From contig CAYJDH010000001.1 in the NCBI GenBank assembly GCA_964368915.1, forward strand, positions 1 through 32,058: DNA of 32,058 bases, written 5' to 3'. The stretch is from an uncultured Candidatus Saccharibacteria bacterium. GTDB taxonomy: Bacteria; Patescibacteriota; Minisyncoccia; Phycocordibacterales; UBA5272. The position numbers were made by a program, and so were the translations under genes. The notes under the pieces are model-generated. The model was not told the origin of the DNA. It made no database searches and saw nothing but the letters and a program-made list of their open reading frames with translations. This document shows, one piece after another, positions 23,304 through 31,402 of this stretch. Positions within the stretch are counted from its first letter, which is position 1. Every line of letters begins with the position of its first letter.

Positions 23304-25469
23304 ATGAACACCCATAAACACCACACAAAGAGAAACAGATTTGTCTCGCACCTAGTAAAAGAGTCTGTATATGCACTTTTTGGTTTGGCTCTTATCGCTT
23401 CGGCATTTTTTGTGGTCTGGATTGCCACCATCAAGTTGCCTGATTTTAGTGATTTTGAGAATAGAAAAATAGCAAACAGTACAAAAATATATGACCGCAC
23501 AGGAAAAGTGGTCTTGTACAACATACACGAAAATATAAAACGTAGTGTTGTGTCTTCTGACCAAATCAGCAACAATATAAAAGAGGCGGCTGTGGCAATA
23601 GAGGATTCACATTTTTATGAACATTATGGTATCAGACTCCAATCCATAATACGCGCGGTGTTAGCAAATATAGCCAGTGGTGAAAAGTCTCAAGGTGGGT
23701 CAACAATAACACAACAGGTTGTAAAAAACGCCTTATTAACAAGAGAAAAAAGCATACCTAGAAAAATAAAAGAGTGGGTATTGGCAATAAAGCTGGATGC
23801 TCAGCTGGACAAAGACACAATATTAACAATGTATCTGAATGAGTCACCGTATGGTGGGTCTATATATGGGGTTGAGGAGGCTTCTCAGTCGTATTTTGGT
23901 AAGCCAGCAAAAGATGTGACCTTGGTAGAGGCGGCATATCTCGCTGCCATGCCTCAGGCACCGTCATACTATTCGCCTTATGGAAAACATCTAGATGAGC
24001 TGGAGAAAAGAAAAAACTTAGTGCTTTCTCGTATGTTTGAACTAAACATGATAGACGACACCGAGTACGCCGAGGCAAAAAACACAAGAATAACATTCCA
24101 ACCACAAGAAAATAGTAATGGTAAAGCTTTTCATTTTGTATTTATGGTGCGTGAGTATTTGGAAAACAAATATGGCGAGGATGTTGTTGAGAATGGTGGT
24201 TTAAAAATAATTAGCACTCTCGACTGGAATTTACAAAAAAATGCAGAGGAGATAGTAAAACAGGGGGCGTTAGATAATGAGAAAAAATACAAAGCCGAGA
24301 ACGCAGCATTGGTTGCCATAGACACGAAAACAGGGCAAATACTCAGCCTCGTCGGATCTCGTGACTATTTCGACAAAGACATAGACGGACAATACAATAT
24401 TGCGACAGCTCTCCGCCAACCAGGATCATCATTTAAACCCATAGTCTATCTCTTGGCTTTTATGAAGGGGCTAACACCCGACACTGTTTTGTTCGACCTG
24501 CCAACACAGTTCAGCACCTATTGTGATGCATATGGTAATCCTCTGTCTGGAGGGGACAAAAAGAAATGTTATATGCCGGTCAATTATGACGGAGAATATC
24601 GTGGGCCAATATCTCTACGTTCAGCCCTGCAGCAGTCTCTCAATATTCCTGCGGTTAAAACTTTATATTTAGTCGGAGTACAGAATGCTATTAACTTTGC
24701 AAAGAGTCTGGGAATAACAACCTTGGGTGACAGTTCTCGTTTTGGTTTATCTTTGGTTCTTGGTGGTGGTGAGGTAACACTGCTCGAGCTAACAAATACA
24801 TACGCAGTCTTTGCAAACAATGGTGTTTATAATCCGCCAGCTATGATATTAGAAGTTAAGGATTTGGGTGGTAATGTTTTAGAAAAATACACACCTCAAG
24901 AAAAAGATGTGGTGCCAAAAGAATACACAGATATTTTGAGTGATGTCTTGACCGACAACAACGCTCGTATCCCTTCTTTTGGAGCGAACAGCGCGCTCTA
25001 CTTCTCGGACAGGCCTGTGGCGGCTAAAACAGGTACTACAAACGACTACAAGGACGTTTGGGTTGTTGGATACACTCCTGACCTAGCTGTGGGCATGTGG
25101 GCTGGTAATAACGATAATACGCCTATAGACAAAAAGGTTGCAGGTATGGTTGTTGCTCCTATTTGGAAAAAGTTTATGAGCGTCGCCCTTAATGAGACAC
25201 CTATATCGTATTTTGACAAACCTACACCAACACCTTCTGACGCCCTGCCTATCATTAGGGGTATGTGGTGTGGTACTGGACAACCAGTACATACAATACT
25301 TGGGGATATAGGATCAAATGGTTCTGTGCAGAGTTACAACGACTCACAGTATAATCTTTGGAATACCCCTATACAGACATGGGCACAGGGTAAGTCTTGT
25401 CCTTTTGGAGGAGACCTCGTTCCTGTTGTTGATACACCCACAACGACTGAGAATATTATAGGTTTTTAG
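23304..25469 (+). CDS. Class A penicillin-binding protein (PBP1A-type glycosyltransferase/transpeptidase)
   Basis: N-terminal TM. GT51 motifs EDSHFYEHYGI and GGSTITQQVVKN. Transpeptidase motifs SSFKP and KTGTT. Confidence 0.9.
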   Translation: MNTHKHHTKRNRFVSHLVKESVYALFGLALIASAFFVVWIATIKLPDFSDFENRKIANSTKIYDRTGKVVLYNIHENIKRSVVSSDQISNNIKEAAVAIEDSHFYEHYGIRLQSIIRAVLANIASGEKSQGGSTITQQVVKNALLTREKSIPRKIKEWVLAIKLDAQLDKDTILTMYLNESPYGGSIYGVEEASQSYFGKPAKDVTLVEAAYLAAMPQAPSYYSPYGKHLDELEKRKNLVLSRMFELNMIDDTEYAEAKNTRITFQPQENSNGKAFHFVFMVREYLENKYGEDVVENGGLKIISTLDWNLQKNAEEIVKQGALDNEKKYKAENAALVAIDTKTGQILSLVGSRDYFDKDIDGQYNIATALRQPGSSFKPIVYLLAFMKGLTPDTVLFDLPTQFSTYCDAYGNPLSGGDKKKCYMPVNYDGEYRGPISLRSALQQSLNIPAVKTLYLVGVQNAINFAKSLGITTLGDSSRFGLSLVLGGGEVTLLELTNTYAVFANNGVYNPPAMILEVKDLGGNVLEKYTPQEKDVVPKEYTDILSDVLTDNNARIPSFGANSALYFSDRPVAAKTGTTNDYKDVWVVGYTPDLAVGMWAGNNDNTPIDKKVAGMVVAPIWKKFMSVALNETPISYFDKPTPTPSDALPIIRGMWCGTGQPVHTILGDIGSNGSVQSYNDSQYNLWNTPIQTWAQGKSCPFGGDLVPVVDTPTTTENIIGF

Positions 25470-25677
25470 ATTTCAGGTTTTTTAATTTCAGAAAGTCTAA
25501 AATTTCTTGCTTTTTGCTTTGTATTTTTAATTTAAAAGATGAAGGGAAAACAAAATCAACAACATCTCCGTTTATATTAAACCCAACAACACCCAAACCT
25601 AACCCGTCTAAAAAATCTTTTATTTCTTTTTTATTGTCTTTGTGAGTCTTTATTAGATTAAAATACTTTTCAAACAT
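25456..25677 (-). CDS. Small protein downstream of dnaN, possibly DUF721/DciA-like
   Basis: 73 aa. The ATG overlaps the dnaN stop (TAATG). The pattern G.VV.F.INGDVV.FVF.SSF..K....KQEILDFL resembles the DUF721 core. Weak assignment. Confidence 0.35.
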   Translation of the reverse strand: MFEKYFNLIKTHKDNKKEIKDFLDGLGLGVVGFNINGDVVDFVFPSSFKLKIQSKKQEILDFLKLKNLKSKNL

Positions 25678-26780
25678 TATCTATTTATAGGCATTAAAAG
25701 ATATATAAAGGTGTTGTCTTCTTCGTTTTGAATAAATAAAGGTCTGTTTGTTGTTGTATATTTTAAGAGTATGTTTTCTGAATTTATTTTTGAAAGACCT
25801 TCTAGGAAATAATTACTGTTGTAGAAAACCTTTAAACTTTCGTTGTGTTCAGATTTTATAGGTATTTCTTTTGTCATTTGACCAACACCTTTTTCTTCTG
25901 AAGATATTAGTATTGTTTGGTTTTCTGGATTATATTCCATAGAACATATTGGTGTTTGGTTGTTAATAATAGAAGACAACTCTAAAGCGTTTTGTAAAAC
26001 CTCTTTTCTAACAGAAAAAGAAAACATAAACTCTTTTGGAAATAGTTGTTTATAGTCTGGGAATGATCCGTCTGTTAACCTTGTGGATATAAAGCTGTTT
26101 TTGGTTTCAAATATTATCTGGTCTCCGTTTTTAATTATATCTAGATTATTTTCTTTTTCTTGCTCTAGAATAGAAAGTATTTGTCCTATGTTTTTCTGAG
26201 GTATTAATATATTTAATTGATTATCTGTTTCAAAAAATACATGTTTTTCTGCCAGTCTGTACGAGTCTGTTGCAGCGCTGTATAGTTGTCCATCTTTTGT
26301 ATACAAATAAACACTGGCTATTTCTGGTTTTATCTCTGTTGTGGCTGCACAGAATGCTACATTTTTAACAACATCAACAAATACATCTTTTTGTATTGTT
26401 AATATTTTACTGCCACCATTTTGTATCTTGGGAAACATTGACTCGTTATAAAGATCCACATCAGTGTGGTTTTTGTTACTTTGTATACGTAAAACGTTGT
26501 CTATTTTTTCAAAAGTTATAACGTCAGAGCTTTTAGCTATATTTGAAAGTATTTTTGATAACAATGAGGCATTAACTAAACATGATCCGTTTATCTCACC
26601 TTTTATTGGTATATTTTGTTCTGCTATTATCTCTGTGTTTGCTGAGCGTAGTGTGAGATTATGGTTTTCATTTTCTATATACACACATTCAAATATAGGG
26701 TCTAGTCCTGTTTTTTGTGAGACTCTGGCGAGAGTTTGTATTTTTTCTTTTATTTCTGATGCCTGGCAGGTGAATTTCAT
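25677..26780 (-). CDS. dnaN: DNA polymerase III beta sliding clamp
   Basis: 367 aa with three-domain length, positioned directly downstream of dnaA. N-terminus MKF.C....L........V. Confidence 0.85.
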   Translation of the reverse strand: MKFTCQASEIKEKIQTLARVSQKTGLDPIFECVYIENENHNLTLRSANTEIIAEQNIPIKGEINGSCLVNASLLSKILSNIAKSSDVITFEKIDNVLRIQSNKNHTDVDLYNESMFPKIQNGGSKILTIQKDVFVDVVKNVAFCAATTEIKPEIASVYLYTKDGQLYSAATDSYRLAEKHVFFETDNQLNILIPQKNIGQILSILEQEKENNLDIIKNGDQIIFETKNSFISTRLTDGSFPDYKQLFPKEFMFSFSVRKEVLQNALELSSIINNQTPICSMEYNPENQTILISSEEKGVGQMTKEIPIKSEHNESLKVFYNSNYFLEGLSKINSENILLKYTTTNRPLFIQNEEDNTFIYLLMPINR

Positions 26781-26999
26781 ATCTCTATTATAGATGTTAA
26801 TTATTAAAAAAGAAAACTGTATTTAAATATATATCTGTGTTTTAGGTGTATAACTAAAAAACCTAACAATAAAAACGTTTTTTATATAGTTATTAAAAAT
26901 AAAACACTAAAAACCAAACCAAACAAAAGCTATACAAAAACACAAAATAGCAACTTGTAAAGTTCTTACTTTTTATGAACAGTTTATACACAGATTTTA
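26781..26999. other. Candidate replication origin (oriC) in the dnaA-dnaN spacer
   Basis: The 219-bp spacer is extremely AT-rich (11/60 GC at 26881-26940). It holds an inverted pair of near-consensus DnaA boxes, GGTGTATAA (26845-26853) and TTATACACA (26984-26992). Confidence 0.4.
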
Positions 27000-28337
27000 T
27001 TAAACAATAATAGAGCGTATATCGTCAATCTCTTTTACTAAATGAGGGTCTTTTGCAAGCTCTTTTTTTATTTTCTCATAAGAGTGGATCACTGTTGTGT
27101 GGTCTCTGCCCCCAAGCTTATCCCCAATCACAGGATAAGAGATATCATACTCCTCACGAAGTATATACATTATTATTTGTCTCGGTTTGATAATGTCCTT
27201 TCTTCTGGTTTTGTTGTAGATCAAAGCGTCATTAACATGATAATAATCAGCCACAGTTTTTACTATTTCAGGTATAGATACAGATTTTTTAGCTTTTATG
27301 TTGTTTTTAAGATAACTTTTAACATCAGAGAGAGATAATACTATTTTTTTGATCTCAGATTGTGTTATTAGGTTTGTTAAAATACCCTCAAGCTCTCTTA
27401 TGTTGCCGTGCACAGTCTCTGCTATATACTCCAAAACCTCATCAGACAACTTGTCGCCATGGTCTTTTGTTTTCTTACGAAGTATTGCAAGACGAGACTC
27501 AAAAGTGGGAGATTCAACATCAACCACCATACCCTGATTAAATCTAGACTGGAGCCTCTCTTCTAATCCAATTATAAAATTAGGATGAACATCAGAAGAA
27601 AAGATGATTTGTCTATTTGTCTCATACATTATATTAAAAAGGTGGAATAATTCATCCTGGGTCTTGTCTTTACCGGTTATAAACTGTATGTCGTCCATTA
27701 TAAAAACATCAAATTTCCTATATTTTTCTTTGAAATGTGGCACTCGGCTCTGTTGTATAGCGTTTACCATCTCCATATAAAATCTCTCAAGAGAGATATA
27801 AAAAACCTTTTTCTCAGGATATTTCTTTTTTATAGCATTTCCGACAGCTTGCAATAGATGGGTTTTCCCAAGGCCTGTATTACCATAAACAAAGAAAGGG
27901 TTATAAGAAAGTCCTGGGTTTTGTATTATTGCCTGAGCAGAAACATGAGCAACCTCATTAAAGGGTCCGACGATATAGCTATCAAAGGTGTATTTAGGGT
28001 TGAGACCGTCCTCTCTGTTGATGTATAGGTTGTCTAGGGGTAGGGCTCCGTTGTTGGTCTGTATTAGTTGGGTTTTCTTTGGTGGGGTATCAAAACGAAC
28101 CACAGAAAAAGACAGAGATCTCACACCCTCATGTACAGAGCGAAGTATGCGCAGCAGGTCTTTTTGATATTTCTGCTCCAACCAGTCTTTTATAAACTGA
28201 TTTGGAACCCCAACAGTCACATCCCCATCTTTATAATCCACCATTCTAGAGTTTTTAAACCAAGTATTAAAATTAACCCTAGAGACTTCTAACCCTATTT
28301 GAGACAAAACGGTATTCCAAAGCTGTTCGTAGTCCAT
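27000..28337 (-). CDS. dnaA: Chromosomal replication initiator protein DnaA
   Basis: Walker A GNTGLGKTHLL, DDIQF, sensor motifs, and C-terminal DNA-binding HTH (GGRDHTTVIHSYEKI). Confidence 0.95.
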   Translation of the reverse strand: MDYEQLWNTVLSQIGLEVSRVNFNTWFKNSRMVDYKDGDVTVGVPNQFIKDWLEQKYQKDLLRILRSVHEGVRSLSFSVVRFDTPPKKTQLIQTNNGALPLDNLYINREDGLNPKYTFDSYIVGPFNEVAHVSAQAIIQNPGLSYNPFFVYGNTGLGKTHLLQAVGNAIKKKYPEKKVFYISLERFYMEMVNAIQQSRVPHFKEKYRKFDVFIMDDIQFITGKDKTQDELFHLFNIMYETNRQIIFSSDVHPNFIIGLEERLQSRFNQGMVVDVESPTFESRLAILRKKTKDHGDKLSDEVLEYIAETVHGNIRELEGILTNLITQSEIKKIVLSLSDVKSYLKNNIKAKKSVSIPEIVKTVADYYHVNDALIYNKTRRKDIIKPRQIIMYILREEYDISYPVIGDKLGGRDHTTVIHSYEKIKKELAKDPHLVKEIDDIRSIIV

Positions 28338-28380
28338 ATGTTGGAATAGAGTATACGCTTTATTTAGAAATATGTGTACC

Positions 28381-28409
28381 TTGTCAAAGGGTTAAAATTA
28401 TTATAGAAT
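28381..28409 (+). promoter_or_regulatory. Promoter of leaderless rpmH-rnpA-yidC
   Basis: TTGTCA (28381-28386), 17 bp, TAGAAT (28404-28409). ATG 28416 is 6 nt downstream. Confidence 0.55.
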
Positions 28410-28415
28410 AGCCTC

Positions 28416-28553
28416 ATGTCAGTTACATATCAACCAAAAAACAAAAAGAGATACACAACCCACGGATTCCTAGTTAGAATGGCCTCAGCAACAGGTAAAA
28501 AGATAATTGCAGGCAGAAGACAAAAAGGACGCAAGAAACTGTCAGCAGACTAA
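28416..28553 (+). CDS. rpmH: 50S ribosomal protein L34
   Basis: Not in the ORF track (45 aa): [45 protein letters not shown] matches the L34 pattern. Confidence 0.9.
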   Translation: MSVTYQPKNKKRYTTHGFLVRMASATGKKIIAGRRQKGRKKLSAD

Positions 28554-28555
28554 AC

Positions 28556-28807
28556 ATGTCTGAGATTTTTAATATAAAAAACACAAAAGAGGCAAAAAAG
28601 CCTTTAACTGTAGTGATTTCAAAGAAATATATTAAAAACTCAACAAAACGCAACCTTTTAAAACGTAGAGCGTGTTATGCTTATTCAGAGTTAATAAAGG
28701 AAAACAAAGACATAGGAAGTAAAAAGTCTACATTGTATGTAAAAAAGCTTGTAGACAAAGTCCCAACCTATAAAACAATCAAAGAAAATATATGTGGAAT
28801 ACTATAA
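28556..28807 (+). CDS. rnpA: Ribonuclease P protein component (unusually short, 83 aa)
   Basis: Position between rpmH and yidC. RNR-like basic motif KNSTKRNLLKRRACYAY. Confidence 0.7.
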   Translation: MSEIFNIKNTKEAKKPLTVVISKKYIKNSTKRNLLKRRACYAYSELIKENKDIGSKKSTLYVKKLVDKVPTYKTIKENICGIL

Positions 28808-29463
28808 TCATCACCCCCCTCTCGTCCCTGCTACATGTATTTTTGGTTTCTACCGGGGACATAGGGCTGGCGATCATAGGGTTTACTGTTTTTGTTAAGG
28901 TTTTACTTTTCCCATTAAACATCTCAGCGGCAAAGACATCAAGAGGAATGAAGCTGGTACAAGGAGAGGTTGATAAATTAAGAGAGAAACACAAAGGGGC
29001 CCCACAAATTCTCGGCGCCGAGCTGTCAAAGTTATACAAAGAGAACAACATCAAACCCTTTGCTGGCGTTCTCGGGCTTTTCATACAACTACCTATTTTT
29101 ATCGGTTTGTATCAGATTTTGGTAAAAGAGTTAAAGATAATCACAGATACAGTTACTCTTTTTAATATTGAAATAGCAAAGCCTAGCATATTGTTAGCGG
29201 TACTCGCTTTTGCGAGCATGTATGTTCTGATGCATTTCAGCACAAAAGATATGGCCCCTGCCCCAGACGCAAAAGAGGGATTCCAAAAAGACTTTGCAAA
29301 AATGATGGCAATACAAATGAAGTATTTTATGCCGGTTCTGATACTTGTGACATCTATTTTCCTACCCGCTGGACTCGTCCTCTATATTATAACTTCAAAT
29401 GTTTTTGGTATATTCCAAACCCTGGCTATAAAAAAGATAACAGACAAACATTTTGCAAAGTAG
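28792..29463 (+). CDS. yidC: Membrane protein insertase YidC (short Oxa1-like form)
   Basis: 223 aa with about five TM segments. Amphipathic KLVQGEVDKLREKHKG helix followed by GLFIQLPIFIGLYQ. Overlaps the rnpA end. Confidence 0.8.
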   Translation: MWNTIIITPLSSLLHVFLVSTGDIGLAIIGFTVFVKVLLFPLNISAAKTSRGMKLVQGEVDKLREKHKGAPQILGAELSKLYKENNIKPFAGVLGLFIQLPIFIGLYQILVKELKIITDTVTLFNIEIAKPSILLAVLAFASMYVLMHFSTKDMAPAPDAKEGFQKDFAKMMAIQMKYFMPVLILVTSIFLPAGLVLYIITSNVFGIFQTLAIKKITDKHFAK

Positions 29464-29466
29464 TTC

Positions 29467-30549
29467 CTAGTGATCGTGGTCCCCTGTTGCCTCAACAAAC
29501 TGAGCCATGTTTACAACAAACAAATCAGAAGTATTTTTGTCTATCAAGTATGCGTCGCCACTGGTTGCATTGTAACCAGTCTTTAATGTGTCTATGTTTT
29601 GCGACAACAGGCCCACACCAACATACTCTGCATCTGTGAACGAGTAAGCAAAAGCTTGGTCAACAGAAGAGATCAACCCCTTTCTCCAGTTTGTAAAATT
29701 AAAATTTTCTAAACCAACCCCAAAACAAAAATTAAAATCTATATCATAAGTGAAACACTTTTCCTTTGAATAGCTTTGTTGAAATGGGAATATATTCTGT
29801 GTCGCCAAGTCCCCAACATAATAAAAATCCTTGTTTTTAAAAGAATAAACAAATAATTTCTCAGACATACCATTTGGTTTTTCTGTTATATAAATATAGT
29901 TCTCGTCTGATTTTAATATCACAACGTCGCGCAATGACAAACCTCCTAAAGATAAGGCCTTGCCAGCCTTGTTTTGTATCAAGGTAAACCCGTTAGCCGT
30001 AGCAGAAAGGTAAACATAGTCATTGCTGCTGCCAATAAAATCAAAATCAAAAGCGCTTTGGTCTATAAAGGTAAATCTAGAGTCACCCCACACATACAAA
30101 CCATCTTGGCATGATATCAAAGCTTTTTTACCGGTATGTGATATCTTTGCATCAAAACAACCACCAGAAACAGTGTCCACCACAGACGAAGACGTGTATG
30201 GATAGGCCGAAAGTCTGATCTCTCCAGTTTTCTTGTCTATAAACATAACACTGGCGTCGTCCAGTGTTGCTGCGCCAATAGTTTCACCATCCCAGACCTT
30301 GAAAACATTGCTGGCGGTAAGGTTAGCAGTGTTTGTTTCTGTGTCACTAGGTATCTCTTCGTCCGCCCCGCCGAAAATATTTGCAAAGCTAAAATCTGGG
30401 AAAATCGGATTGTTTTGTGTTGCGTTGTTTGTGTTATTTGCTACCGGAGCAGGACCTCTTGAAAGCAATACATAAACAAAAATAGACAACAAAACCACAG
30501 CCACTACACTTATTATAATTATTTTCTTTGTATTATTATTTTCTTGCAT
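29467..30549 (-). CDS. Membrane-anchored hypothetical protein with a large extracytoplasmic domain
   Basis: Start placed at ATG 30549 (MQENNNTKKIIIISVVAVVLLSIFVYVLL TM anchor) to avoid a 65-nt overlap with the upstream gene. The track gives 30618. Confidence 0.55.
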   Translation of the reverse strand: MQENNNTKKIIIISVVAVVLLSIFVYVLLSRGPAPVANNTNNATQNNPIFPDFSFANIFGGADEEIPSDTETNTANLTASNVFKVWDGETIGAATLDDASVMFIDKKTGEIRLSAYPYTSSSVVDTVSGGCFDAKISHTGKKALISCQDGLYVWGDSRFTFIDQSAFDFDFIGSSNDYVYLSATANGFTLIQNKAGKALSLGGLSLRDVVILKSDENYIYITEKPNGMSEKLFVYSFKNKDFYYVGDLATQNIFPFQQSYSKEKCFTYDIDFNFCFGVGLENFNFTNWRKGLISSVDQAFAYSFTDAEYVGVGLLSQNIDTLKTGYNATSGDAYLIDKNTSDLFVVNMAQFVEATGDHDH

Positions 30550-30553
30550 ATAT

Positions 30554-31378
30554 TTATCTTCCACTCGGCGACCAGTGCCAATATTCTTTTGTTGAGGCAT
30601 AGTCGTTTTTAAATCCATATGTTATGGCGTTTGCTTGTAACCACTTACATGTAGCCCCAGAACAGTCGTGTTGGGGTATGCCTCTAAAATCTACAGCCAG
30701 ACCTTTTTCATGATTAGAAGTTCCTGGTATGGCTGTTGGTGGTGTGCACTGCCCAGACGGTTTTTGATATATATCGTAATATGTGGTGCCGCAGTTTTGT
30801 TTGCGTAGAGAAACCTGCTCGTCAATGGATCTGGCTCCAGCACGAGGCCCTGTTCCTGCCAGAGTTATACCATCTTTTGCAGCGGCTGCTATCATGTTTG
30901 TCAGGTTGGTTTGTATGCTTTTGCAGACAGTGATGCCGGACACATTTACCAACCCCTCAGAACAAGTTACTATTGTTGGCGGAGTTCCTGTCGGGGGTGT
31001 CGTGGTTGATGTTCCTGTTGGTGTACCAGAAACAGTGTTTATGATGCCGAGTGTTAAATTGTTTTTTAATATATTTGGATTGATTGAGTTTAGTATTACC
31101 CACACACTAAAAACAAACACTAACCCAGTGATCACACGGACAATTATTTCTTTACCCTGTTTTTGTTTGTTGGCTATATCTGTAGTCAGATACACCATAC
31201 CGCCGTATATGAGGTAAAACACGGCTGTGATGGCTATTAGAATCAAAACAAAGCTGTATGTGCTATTTAGATAGTTAGATAGTCCGTCTGGCGATATTGT
31301 GACCTTGCTGTCACCAGCTTTACCAGTTATCGGCTCTAAAAGTATATAGTCTACGTATTTCTTTGCAGGCTCTTGCAT
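30554..31378 (-). CDS. Fusion of a two-TM pilin-like (TrbC/VirB2-like) N-terminal module with a C-terminal LAS/M15 (VanY-like) peptidoglycan peptidase
   Basis: Two hydrophobic helices (FVLILIAITAVFYLIYGGMVYL, ITGLVFVFSVWVILNSI), a Thr/Pro linker, and the M15 motifs SNHEKGLAVDF and EYWHW. Confidence 0.65.
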   Translation of the reverse strand: MQEPAKKYVDYILLEPITGKAGDSKVTISPDGLSNYLNSTYSFVLILIAITAVFYLIYGGMVYLTTDIANKQKQGKEIIVRVITGLVFVFSVWVILNSINPNILKNNLTLGIINTVSGTPTGTSTTTPPTGTPPTIVTCSEGLVNVSGITVCKSIQTNLTNMIAAAAKDGITLAGTGPRAGARSIDEQVSLRKQNCGTTYYDIYQKPSGQCTPPTAIPGTSNHEKGLAVDFRGIPQHDCSGATCKWLQANAITYGFKNDYASTKEYWHWSPSGR

Positions 31379-31402
31379 AGAAACAGTGTATCATGAAAAT
31401 TT

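Noticed and set aside
28338-28415. oriC upstream of dnaA
   Set aside because: This spacer is only 78 bp, is occupied by the divergent rpmH and dnaA promoters, and contains no near-consensus DnaA boxes. The dnaA-dnaN spacer is the better candidate.
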